From contig JBBROS010000003.1 in the NCBI GenBank assembly GCA_038229135.1, positions 38,323-62,322 of the forward strand: 24,000 nucleotides of DNA. Direction: 5' to 3'. Source of the stretch: Acetobacterales bacterium (GTDB taxonomy: Bacteria; Pseudomonadota; Alphaproteobacteria; Acetobacterales; Acetobacteraceae). Position 1 is the first letter of the stretch, and each line of letters begins with the position of its first letter. Both the position numbers and the translations under genes were made by a program. Below, one piece after another: positions 7,021 to 16,100 of the stretch. Under the pieces are notes generated by a model that made no database searches, had not been told where the DNA came from, and worked only from the letters and a program-made list of their open reading frames with translations.

Positions 7021-7659
7021 ATGAGGCATGACGACATCTGGCGCGCACTCGACACACTGGCGGCCGAATACGGCCTGTCGGCCTCCGGGCTCGCCAAGAA
7101 ATCCGGCCTCGATGCCACCACCTTCAACCCAAGCAAGCGCCGCATGCCGGACGGCCGCAACCGCTGGCCCAGCAGCGAATCCCTCGCGAAGGTGCTGGAC
7201 GCCACCGGCGCCAGCCTCGAGCAGTTCACCGCGCTGGTCACCGGCAACCGCACCATCACCAGCGCCCGCCCGCCGCGCCGCATCCCGCTGCTCGGCCTCG
7301 CCCAGGCCGGCGGCGACGGCTACTTCGACGACGCCGGGTTCCCCGTGGGCGGCGGGTGGGACGAGATGAGCCTCCCCGAAATCGGGGACCCGCACGCCTA
7401 CGCCCTCGAGATCGCCGGCGACAGCATGGAGCCCGTGCTGCGCGACGGGGACACCGTCGTCGTCTCGCCGGCCGCCCCCATCCGCCGAGGGGACCGCGTG
7501 GTCGCCCGCACCATGGGCGGCGAGGTCATGGCAAAGCAGCTCGCCCGCCGCTCCGCCCGGCGCGTCGAGCTGAAAAGCCTCAACCCGGCCCACCGCGACC
7601 GCACGTTCGACCTCGCCGAAGTCGCCTGGATCCACCGCATCGTCTGGTCCAGCCAATAA
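7021..7659 (+). CDS. XRE-type HTH / peptidase S24 LexA-like repressor (COG2932-like)
   Basis: N-terminal HTH region (IWRALDTLAAEYGLSASGLAKKSGL). The C-terminal S24 domain has the Ser context GDSMEP and the Lys context VMAKQL, so the catalytic dyad appears intact. I chose the ATG at 7021; the track ORF begins at an upstream TTG. Confidence 0.85.
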   Translation: MRHDDIWRALDTLAAEYGLSASGLAKKSGLDATTFNPSKRRMPDGRNRWPSSESLAKVLDATGASLEQFTALVTGNRTITSARPPRRIPLLGLAQAGGDGYFDDAGFPVGGGWDEMSLPEIGDPHAYALEIAGDSMEPVLRDGDTVVVSPAAPIRRGDRVVARTMGGEVMAKQLARRSARRVELKSLNPAHRDRTFDLAEVAWIHRIVWSSQ

Positions 7660-7706
7660 TCGTTTTGCCCGTGACTCGATCGTAAACCGTCGCTACCGTT
7701 CTCTCG

Positions 7707-8429
7707 ATGGCCCATTTTTCCAATCGGGTGGTGGACTTCCTCGAGGTCGGCTTCGCGCAACCCAGCGCCGCCGCGATCGGCCGCGCCTTCTTCCGCGCCC
7801 TCGAGCCGTTCGGCTGCAAGGCCATCAACGCCCGCGCCTACCGCAGCCCATCCGACCTGCAGACCCACGGCCACATCTACACCCGCATCGCCCCCGAGCG
7901 ATGCACCCACGTCTATGCCGACCGCCGGTTCGACGCGCACAACCCCCTCCCCCGCCTCCTGCGCCGCCACGTCGGGCCCATCCACTGGTCCGCCATCAAG
8001 CCCCGCGACCCGGGGGAGCGATGGATCGTCGAGACCCTCCGCGACCTCGGCTTCCCCGACGGCCTCGCCATCCCCTGCCATGGCCCGGACAATTATTTCG
8101 GCATCACCAGCCTCGCCTTCGAGCGCCTCCACCAGGTCTCCCCCGAGGACCGCCACGCCATCGAGCTGGCGGCGCTCACCCTCCACCAGCGCATGCTGAC
8201 GCTGGCCAACCAGGCCCGCCCGAAGCTGCCGCCGCTCACCACCCGCGAGCAGGACGTGCTGGCCTACGTCGCCGAGGGCCGCTCCAACAACCAGATCGCG
8301 GACAAGCTCGGGCTCTCGGCCGCCACCATCGCCAGCCACGTGGCCAACCTCCGCCACAAGCTCGGCGCCCGCACCCGCTCCCAGGCCGTAGCACTCTATC
8401 TGTCGGGCCTCGACGCGCTCCAGGACTGA
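7707..8429 (+). CDS. LuxR-family regulator with N-terminal autoinducer-binding-like domain (LuxR solo in this window)
   Basis: C-terminal GerE/LuxR HTH (LTTREQDVLAYVAEGRSNNQIADKLGLSAATIASHVANLRHKLG). The N-terminal domain keeps TraR-like spacing at C66-x3-Y70-x8-N79-P80-x13-W94. Confidence 0.85.
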   Translation: MAHFSNRVVDFLEVGFAQPSAAAIGRAFFRALEPFGCKAINARAYRSPSDLQTHGHIYTRIAPERCTHVYADRRFDAHNPLPRLLRRHVGPIHWSAIKPRDPGERWIVETLRDLGFPDGLAIPCHGPDNYFGITSLAFERLHQVSPEDRHAIELAALTLHQRMLTLANQARPKLPPLTTREQDVLAYVAEGRSNNQIADKLGLSAATIASHVANLRHKLGARTRSQAVALYLSGLDALQD

Positions 8430-8494
8430 CGAAACCTATTCCCTTGCAGCCCGTGCGGCGCCACGATGCCCCTCCCACCCGGAGGCCTGCCCCC

Positions 8495-9226
8495 ATGCGC
8501 GCCATCGCCCTCCTTCTCGTCCTGCTCGCCCTGCCCGCCACCGTCTCCCGAGCGCGCGCCGCCGAACCGGTCGACGTCGTCCTCGTCCTCGTCTCGGACG
8601 TCTCCCGCTCCGTCGACGACGCCGAGTTCCGCATGCAAAAGCAAGGCTATGCCACCGCCTTCAACGACCCCCGCGTGCTCGCCGCCATCCGCGCCGGGGC
8701 CATCGGCGCCATCGCCGTGGCCTATGTCGAGTTCGCCGGCGCCTACGAGGTCCGCACCGTGCTCGACTGGGCCATCATCCGGGACCCGGCCTCCGCCCGC
8801 GCCTTCGCCGCCAACATCGAGGCCGCCCCACGCTCCTTCTGGGGCCGCACCAGCATCTCCGCCGGCATCGACCGCGCTATGAGCCTACTGGCCGAAGCCC
8901 CCTTCGAGGCCCAGCGCCGGGTCATCGACGTCGCCGGCGACGGCACCAACAACAACGGCCGCGACGTGGACGCCGCGCGGGACGACGCCGTGGCCGCGGG
9001 CGTGGTGGTCAACGGCCTGGCCATCATCAACGAGAACCCCGTCAACTACAGCTTCGCCCACGTCCAGCCCCCGGGCGGCCTCACCGAATGGTATCGCCGC
9101 CACGTCTCCGGCGGCCCAGGCTCCTTCGTGCTCGAGGTCCGCGACTTCGCCCAGTTCGGCGAGGCCATGACCCGCAAGCTCATCACCGAAATCGCCGCCC
9201 TTCCGGAGTTCAAAGCGCCTCTATGA
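8495..9226 (+). CDS. DUF1194 (von Willebrand A-like) secreted protein
   Basis: Signal peptide MRAIALLLVLLALPATVSRARA. MIDAS-like DxSxS motif (SDVSRS). Family-typical IDVAGDGTNNNG and VNGLAI. GGAGG lies 9 nt upstream of the ATG at 8495; the 7901 extension overlaps the luxR-type gene. Confidence 0.85.
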   Translation: MRAIALLLVLLALPATVSRARAAEPVDVVLVLVSDVSRSVDDAEFRMQKQGYATAFNDPRVLAAIRAGAIGAIAVAYVEFAGAYEVRTVLDWAIIRDPASARAFAANIEAAPRSFWGRTSISAGIDRAMSLLAEAPFEAQRRVIDVAGDGTNNNGRDVDAARDDAVAAGVVVNGLAIINENPVNYSFAHVQPPGGLTEWYRRHVSGGPGSFVLEVRDFAQFGEAMTRKLITEIAALPEFKAPL

Positions 9227-10170
9227 TCATCAACAACCTCGGCCGCTCCGGCCTGCGCGTCTCGTCCATCGGCCTCGGCTGCAACAATTTCGGCGGCCGC
9301 ATCGACACCGAGGCCAGCCGCGCCGTGGTCCACGCCGCACTCGACGCCGGCATCACCCTTTTCGACACCGCCGACGTCTACGGCAACCAGGGCGGCTCCG
9401 AGGCGGCATTGGGCGAGATCCTCGGGCCGCGCCGGCACGACATCGTCCTCGCCTCCAAGTTCGCGATGCCCATGGACGCTGCCGAAACCCTCAAGGGCGC
9501 AAGCCGCCGCTACATCGTCCGCGCCTGCGAGGCCAGCCTGAAGCGCCTCCGCACGGACCACATCGATCTCTACCAGCAGCACCGCCCGGACCCGCTGACC
9601 CCCATCGAGGAAACCCTCCGCGCGCTGGACGACCTCACCCGCGCCGGGAAGATCCGTTACGCCGGGTGCAGCAACCTCCCCGCCTGGCAGGTCGCCGACG
9701 CCGCCTGGACTGCCCGTCTCCACAACCTCTCGGCCTTCGTCTCCTGCCAGGACGAGCTGAGCCTTCTGCATCGCCGCCACGAGGCCGAGTTGCTGCCCGC
9801 CATGCGCGCCCACGGCCTCGGCCTGCTGCCCTACTTCCCCCTCGCCTCCGGCCTGCTCACCGGCAAATACCGCCGCAACCACCCAATGCCCGAAAACGCC
9901 CGCCTCACCACCACCCAGCGCCTGGCGGACCGCTACCTGACGGACGCGAACTGGACCGGCGCCGAAGCCCTCGCCGACTTCGCGGAGGCCCGCGGCCACA
10001 CCCTGCTCGAGCTCGCCTTCAGCTGGCTGCTGGCCACCGCACCCGTCGCCAGCGTCATCGCCGGCGCCACGAAGCCCGAGCAGGTGCACCAGAACGTCGC
10101 CGCCGGGTCGTGGACGCTGACCCCGGAGGACATGGCCGAGATCGACCGGCTGGCGCCGCCCCCCGCCTAG
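9223..10170 (+). CDS. aldo/keto reductase
   Basis: Typical AKR N-terminus (LGRSGLRVSSIGLGCNNFG) plus FDTADVYG and IDLYQQHRPD. ATGA overlap with the upstream stop. Confidence 0.9.
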   Translation: MIINNLGRSGLRVSSIGLGCNNFGGRIDTEASRAVVHAALDAGITLFDTADVYGNQGGSEAALGEILGPRRHDIVLASKFAMPMDAAETLKGASRRYIVRACEASLKRLRTDHIDLYQQHRPDPLTPIEETLRALDDLTRAGKIRYAGCSNLPAWQVADAAWTARLHNLSAFVSCQDELSLLHRRHEAELLPAMRAHGLGLLPYFPLASGLLTGKYRRNHPMPENARLTTTQRLADRYLTDANWTGAEALADFAEARGHTLLELAFSWLLATAPVASVIAGATKPEQVHQNVAAGSWTLTPEDMAEIDRLAPPPA

Positions 10171-10248
10171 CCTCACAATCCCGTATGGGCCGAACTTAAC
10201 AATCGGTCCCGCGCTCTGCCTGCACGACTGCAGCAGGAGCGACCCACG

Positions 10249-10671
10249 GTGCCTCACGACCCGCCGACCGCCCACCAGGAGGCGGATACGATCCGCCTGA
10301 TGGCGGAGGAGGCGCGAGTCGATACTCGCCTGGTCGAGCGGGAGCGCGTCCGCGTCCACGTGTCCACCGACGAGTACGACGAGACGATTGAAACCCTGCT
10401 GATGCGCCAGGATGTCGTCGTCGACCGGGTCCCGCTCGGCCATGACGTGAACGTGGCGCCCCAGGTTCGGCAGGACGGCAACACAATCATCGTCCCGGTC
10501 CTGGAAGAACGGATCGTGGTGACCAAACAGCTCGTCCTAAAGGAGGAGCTGCACATCCGCATTGACGTGACCCGGACCCCGGAGGCCCACACCGTCCGCC
10601 TCCGTCGCGAGCACGCGACCATCGAACGGGACGACCCAACTCACTCGAAACCTACAAGGAACGAACCATGA
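10249..10671 (+). CDS. YsnF/AvaK (DUF2382) domain stress protein, short form
   Basis: Charged repeat pattern typical of DUF2382 (EERIVVTKQLVLKEELHIRIDVTRTPEAHTVRLRREHATIER). GTG start with AGGAG 10 nt upstream. Start is uncertain. Confidence 0.8.
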   Translation: MPHDPPTAHQEADTIRLMAEEARVDTRLVERERVRVHVSTDEYDETIETLLMRQDVVVDRVPLGHDVNVAPQVRQDGNTIIVPVLEERIVVTKQLVLKEELHIRIDVTRTPEAHTVRLRREHATIERDDPTHSKPTRNEP

Positions 10672-11771
10672 GCGACCTCTCCGGCAGCGGCGCCTACAAC
10701 CAGTCGGCGGCCCACGACACGGCCCTCTATGACCCGAACGTGCACGACAACCAGATCGTGGCCATGTACGATTCGGACGCCGGCGCACGCCAGGCCATGC
10801 AGGTTCTGGTGAGCCAGGGCTTCCCGGCCAGCGCCATGCACGTCGTCGCCCGCCCCGGCGACACCACGGACGCGACCGCCGCCGAGGAGGGCCTGTGGGG
10901 CGCCATCAAGTCCCTCTTCGTGCCCGACGAGGAGCGCAGCACCTACAACCACGCCATCACCCGCGGCCATGCCATGTTGGTCGTGACCCCCGAGGGAACG
11001 ACGGACCGCTCGCGCCTGATCCACGCGCTCGAGGCCACGCACCCGCTCGACTTCGACGCCAAGCTCGAGGAGTGGCGCCAGGCTGGCTACGAGAACATCG
11101 CTGCCGTGCCGGAGAAGACGGGCGGTATGAATACTCTTGCGGCAGCCGGGATGGCCGGCACAGCGGTCGGCATGGACCAGCTTCCGAAGAGCACCGGCCC
11201 GGCTGCCTCGCACGCCTCCCCCACCCCTGCTCCGACCGTTGCGCCGACCGCTGCGCATGCCGCCGCCCCCGCGCCCAAGCCGGTGACGGCCTCGCAGCCG
11301 TCCAGCGCCGCCACCGGTAACGATACCGATACCATCAAGGTCATGGAGGAGCGCCTTCGCATCGGCAAGCGTGAGGTTGCCGCCGGCGCCGTGCGCATCC
11401 GCAGCTACATCGTCGAGCGCCCCGTCGAAGAGCAGGTCCGCCTGCACGAGGAGCGCATCCACGTCGAGCGTCACCCCGTGGACCGCGCCGCAACCGCGGC
11501 CGACACCGCCGCATTCCAGGAGCGCACCATCGAGGCGCGCGCCACTTCGGAAGAAGCCGTCATCAGCAAGGAGGCCCGCGTGGTCGAAGAGATCGGTATC
11601 AAGAAGGAAGCCTCGGACCGAGTCGAGACGGTGCGCGACACCGTGCGCGAGACAAAGGTCGAGATCGAGGGCGACACCAAGGGCACGCTCGCCGGCAAGA
11701 CCGGCCCAACCGGTGCCCCGAACGCCACCCCCGGCGTAACCAACAGCGGCATGAACGCGCCGCGCAAGTAG
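10668..11771 (+). CDS. YsnF/AvaK (DUF2382) domain stress protein with general-stress-17M-like N-terminal domain
   Basis: N-terminal IVAMYDSDAGARQAMQVLVSQGF, a Pro/Ala/Thr-rich linker, and a C-terminal DUF2382 pattern (EERLRIGKREVAAGAVRIRSYIVERPVEEQVRLHEERIHVERHPV). ATGA overlap with the upstream gene. Confidence 0.85.
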   Translation: MSDLSGSGAYNQSAAHDTALYDPNVHDNQIVAMYDSDAGARQAMQVLVSQGFPASAMHVVARPGDTTDATAAEEGLWGAIKSLFVPDEERSTYNHAITRGHAMLVVTPEGTTDRSRLIHALEATHPLDFDAKLEEWRQAGYENIAAVPEKTGGMNTLAAAGMAGTAVGMDQLPKSTGPAASHASPTPAPTVAPTAAHAAAPAPKPVTASQPSSAATGNDTDTIKVMEERLRIGKREVAAGAVRIRSYIVERPVEEQVRLHEERIHVERHPVDRAATAADTAAFQERTIEARATSEEAVISKEARVVEEIGIKKEASDRVETVRDTVRETKVEIEGDTKGTLAGKTGPTGAPNATPGVTNSGMNAPRK

Positions 11772-11783
11772 AGCGGACACTCT

Positions 11784-11820
11784 CCCCCCCCTTCCCCTCG
11801 CGGGGTGGGCGGGGGAGGGG
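11784..11820 (+). repeat. REP-like element copy C: CCCCCCCCTTCCCC-TCGC-GGGGTGGG-C-GGGGGAGGGG
   Basis: Read directly. It starts 12 nt after the stop at 11771 and lies upstream of the DUF3833 gene. Confidence 0.8.
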
Positions 11821-11858
11821 ACATCGCGAACCCCGCCTGCCGACCTGAGAGGGCCCTA

Positions 11859-12386
11859 GTGCGCCGCCGAGCCCTCCTTCTCACGATTACACTCGCCGCC
11901 TGCTCGGATCCCCTGCCGGTCGCCGATTTCGCCGAGCAGCCCCCCATGCTCGACCCGGTCCGCTTCTTCAGCGGCCACGTCAGTTCCTGGGGCGTCATGG
12001 AAAACCGCTCCGGCCAGCCCACCAACGTGGTCCGCACCGACTGCCGCGGCACGCCGGACGGCCCCGACGCCATCCGCATGACCCAGACGCTGACCATCGG
12101 CACCGACGCGCCCATCACACGCGAGTGGCGCATGCGCCGCATCTCCCCAGGCCGGTTCGAGGCCACCGCAAACGACATGGTCGGCACCGCCACGGGCGAA
12201 GTCGCCGGCCGTGCATTCCACTGGCAATGGACCCTCGCCCTTTCCCCCGGGAACGCGCTGAAGAACGTCACCATGGACCAGTGGTGGTACCTGCAGCCCG
12301 ACGGCTCCTTGCTCAATCGCACGACCGTCCGCAAACTCGGCATCATCGCTGCCGAGGTGACCGAACATTTCGTCCCAACGCCCTGA
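11859..12386 (+). CDS. DUF3833-family lipoprotein
   Basis: GTG start with GAGAGGG upstream. Lipobox LAAC in VRRRALLLTITLAAC. Family-like FFSGHVSSWGV and MDQWWYLQPDGSLLNRTTVRKLGI. The 11805 extension would translate the REP element. Confidence 0.8.
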   Translation: MRRRALLLTITLAACSDPLPVADFAEQPPMLDPVRFFSGHVSSWGVMENRSGQPTNVVRTDCRGTPDGPDAIRMTQTLTIGTDAPITREWRMRRISPGRFEATANDMVGTATGEVAGRAFHWQWTLALSPGNALKNVTMDQWWYLQPDGSLLNRTTVRKLGIIAAEVTEHFVPTP

Positions 12387-12432
12387 CCCCCTCCCTCCCG
12401 AACCCTGGCCCTCGCACCCCGTCGACCCCACG

Positions 12433-13077
12433 GTGGAACTGCACATCACCCGGGAAATGCCGGCGCTCGACCCGGCGCTCGAGGCGCGCATCGACGCGCT
12501 CTGGCTCGAGGCCAACACCCGCTCCCGCCTCTTCAACGGCCGCATCTTCAGCGTCGACCGTATCTCCGCCTACCGGATCGAGGGCCACTGGAGCGAATAC
12601 CGCCGCATCATCGCCCAGCTGAACGACGCGAGCCTCGTGCCCCTCGTCGGCGTCCGCAACCTCGCCGTCGTCGGCGTCATCCACACGCCCCAGGGCTGCA
12701 TCGCCGTCGGCCGCCGCGAGCCCCGCGCCTCATACCAGCAGGGCCTATGGCAGCTCTGCCCCGCCGGCAGCGTGGACCAGTCCGCCGCCACACCCACGGG
12801 CGCGGACTGGCGCCAGGCGATCCTCGCCGAGCTAGAGGAGGAGCTCGGCCTCCACGCGGCAGACATCGCCGCCATGACGGCCTACCGCCTCGTCGACCAC
12901 CCCCACGGCGTCATCGACCTCGGCATCCACATCGAGACCCATCTCGACGCGGACGCCCTCCGCGCCCGACACGCCGCGAGCGGCAATGACGAATACGACG
13001 CGCTCGAGGTCCTTCCACCCGACGCGCTCCTCGCCCTCAACCCACTATCCCCGGCCGCCCCCGTCCTGCTCGGCTGA
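12433..13077 (+). CDS. Nudix-fold-like protein with degenerate Nudix box
   Basis: AILAELEEELGL matches the C-terminal part of the Nudix box (EUxEExGU). The upstream G, E and R positions are not conserved. GC3 is high. Start (GTG 12433 or ATG 12457) is uncertain. Confidence 0.6.
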   Translation: MELHITREMPALDPALEARIDALWLEANTRSRLFNGRIFSVDRISAYRIEGHWSEYRRIIAQLNDASLVPLVGVRNLAVVGVIHTPQGCIAVGRREPRASYQQGLWQLCPAGSVDQSAATPTGADWRQAILAELEEELGLHAADIAAMTAYRLVDHPHGVIDLGIHIETHLDADALRARHAASGNDEYDALEVLPPDALLALNPLSPAAPVLLG

Positions 13078-13130
13078 AAGACGCGCGTCGGGTAGCATCA
13101 CGAACGGACCGCTGGAAAAGCGGGAAAAGC

Positions 13131-16100
13131 TCAATCGAACAGCCGGAACAACCCTCGCAGGAACCCGGGCGTCAGCGCGCTCAGCGGGTTCACACTCACC
13201 GAAGGCGAAGCACTCGGCCCCCGCATCGTGTAGTCGACCGCCACCAGACCCCCGCCCTGCTCCGCGCTGAACAGCCGCCCCAGCAGCGGGATCCGCCCCA
13301 GCAGCGAGTTGAACACGTAGGCCGGCACCACCGTCCCCTTCAGGTCCACCGTCTTGCGAGCCGTATCCACCCGCCCCCGCGCCGTCAGCCCCAGCGAGGC
13401 GCTGAATGCCCGCGCCTGGTCCACCTCGAGCACCCGTCCATCCCACGAGAACGGCATCACCCCCTCCCGGAACGATAAGCCCGGCCCGCTCAGCGCCTCC
13501 ACCACGCCATAGATCGTCACGGCCTGCAGCAGCTTCCCGAAGGCAGGCGCACCCTTCACGCTGAACCCGCTCAGCCGTGCCTCTCCAGCAAGCGGCGCCG
13601 GGCGCCTGGTGTCGTCGTACACCGCATCCAGCGCCAGCGTGCCGCCGACGATGTCGTCGACGAAGTCCATCGCCCGGAGCGCCGCGCCGCCATCCTCGGC
13701 GCGCACCACGAGCCGCCGCCCCGTCCCTTGCGGCCGGATGCTCGCCGTCGCCCGCGCCGCCCCCTGCGTGGTCGCATCCAACAGGTTCAGCCGCCGCCCA
13801 TCGTGCCCGGCCTTCGCCACCACGCCCTCCAGCACCCCCTTGTCCGACAGCCGCACCCGGTCGAACCGCACCTCCGCCACCCACGGGTCCCCCCGCTCCC
13901 CGGTATCGGGCCGCGCCAGCTCGGCCGACAGGTCGAGCATCGCCCCCTGGAGCTTGGCTTCCAGCACCTCGTTCGGCCCGGCCGGGAAGCGCACCTGGCC
14001 GCTCGCCTGCGTCGCCCCCAGCACGGCCCGGCTCAGCACCAGCAGCAGAGGCCGGTTGCCCACCATCTCGGCCCGCCCCTCGATCGCCATGCCCGGCCCC
14101 GCCATCCGGATCGCGTCGATCCCGGCCAGCGCATCCCCCCGCAGCCGCACCACCGCCTGCCCCTCCGCGGGCTGCCCCGGTGCCTTGCTCCATCCCGGCA
14201 GCTTCAGCGCCGCCTCCCGCAGGTCAGCCTTCACCACGATCTCGCCCGACCCATCCCGCCGCTGCGAATACTGCGCCGTGAACGCCCCCGGCCCCGTCAT
14301 CACCCCCGCCGCATCCAGCCCCGCCGCCGCCAGCTGCACCGCCGTCGCCCGCCCCGTCGCCGTCGCCCGCTGCACCACCTGGCTCGCCGGGCCGTTGCGG
14401 AAATCCATCTCCACCTGCATCTGCCCCAGGATGCCCGCCACGGCCGCCGTACCCTGGGCGCGGAGGCTGTCCTGCGTCACGTCGAACCGCACATCCCCCC
14501 GGTCCAGGTCCCGCCCGGCGATCAGCCCGCCCAGCCGCAGCTCCGTCGCCCGCACCTGCGCCCCGATCTTCACGTCCTCGAACTGCAGGTGCTCCTCGAG
14601 CGGCACCGTCACGTTCAGCCGCCCGGTGAACCTGCCCGCCGGGTCCCGCATGGGGATCGGCTTGCGGTCGAGCAGCCGGAGCCGCTTGTGCCGAAGCAGC
14701 GCGATCAGCTCCGGCACCTGGCCCGCCACGTCCGCCTGCAGCGACAGCACCTGGTCCTTCTCCGCCAGCCCCACGATCCGCACGGACCCGTTGCTCAACG
14801 TCGCATTCCCCTGATGCGCGCTGGGGATGGCGATCGTCAGCTCCTCGAGCCCCTTGATCGTCAGCACCGCCTGCGCCCCCTCCACCGGCGGCACCGGCTT
14901 CAGCCAGTGGATCGTCACGTTCTCGCCTACCATGCTCCCGTCGATGCTGGTGATGGCCACGTCGGACAGCCCGTTATCCGTCACGAACCCCAGCGCCACC
15001 GCCCCGTCGCGCGCCACCCCGGCGGTGATGTTCTCCACCAGCCACGGCCGCACGTGCCCGCCCAGCGCCTCGGGCCACAGCACGCCGAGGTCGGTGAACG
15101 ACAGATGGTCCAGCGCCGCCATGACCTTGCCCTCGATCCGGTCCCCCAGCGCCGCCTCGCCCTTCAGCGTCACCGTCGTGGGCCACGCGCCGCCGGGCGC
15201 ATGCACCACGGCCTGCACCTGGTGGGCCACCACCCGGTCGGGCCGCCGCCAGCCGGGCCGCGTCCAGGCCGCCTCGAGGTCGGCGACCATCCGGTCGAAC
15301 CCGATCAGCGTGTCGGCCGCCCGCAGCCGCCCCGCCCCGGCCTCGAGCCGCAGCGTCGCCTCCATCGGCCGCAGCCGCGCAGAAAGCCGCGCCGTCGCCA
15401 CCCCGCGCACCGCCGCCTCGAGCGTCCTCGGCGCCACGTCGTCCAGCGCCGGAAGTGCGGCCTGCATCGACCCGGCATCCACCGGCGCCAGCTCCACCCG
15501 CGCCGCCGTCTCCCCCTCGCCGGACACTTCGGCCCGCAGCGTGAGCGCGGCCACCGCCCCGCCCACCTTCGGCCCCGCCAGCACCCGCGCCACCCCCTCG
15601 CCGCTCACCCCGCCCGACTCCGGCCGCTCGAGCACCAGCCGCGCCACCTCCACCACCACCGCCCCGCCCGCCACACGCTGCAGGAACGGGTCGTGCACCT
15701 GCACCCGCGCCTCCTCCACCCGCACCGACTGCAGCGCCGTGGTCCAGGGTGGGCCGTTCCCCGCCTCCTCCCCCGAAGGCGGCGCCGCCAGCGCCCGAAG
15801 CACGTCCTCGATCGTTGCCAGGTCCTGCGCCGGCGGCGCCCCCTCGTCCTCCAGCACGAGCCCACCGAGGTCCAGCGCCAGCCCCGCCGGCCCCCGCCGC
15901 AGCGCGAGCTCGAGCCCCCGCGCATGCACCGTGCGCAGCGCCACCTGGCCCCGCAGCAGCGGCCCGGCACGCAGGGTGCCCTCCACCAGCCCGGCCCGCA
16001 GCACCGCCACCGCCGCTCCGTTCACCACCATCACGTCCCGCAGCGCGAAGCCAAGCGGCGCCCCCGCACCCCGGTGGAACCCGCCCCACTCCAGCGCCGC

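Noticed and set aside
10192-10215. EcfG-type general stress promoter upstream of the ysnF-type genes
   Set aside because: Not called as a feature. The sequence cGAAC-N16-CGCT has a mismatch in each element relative to GGAAC-N16/17-CGTT. It is kept only as something to test.
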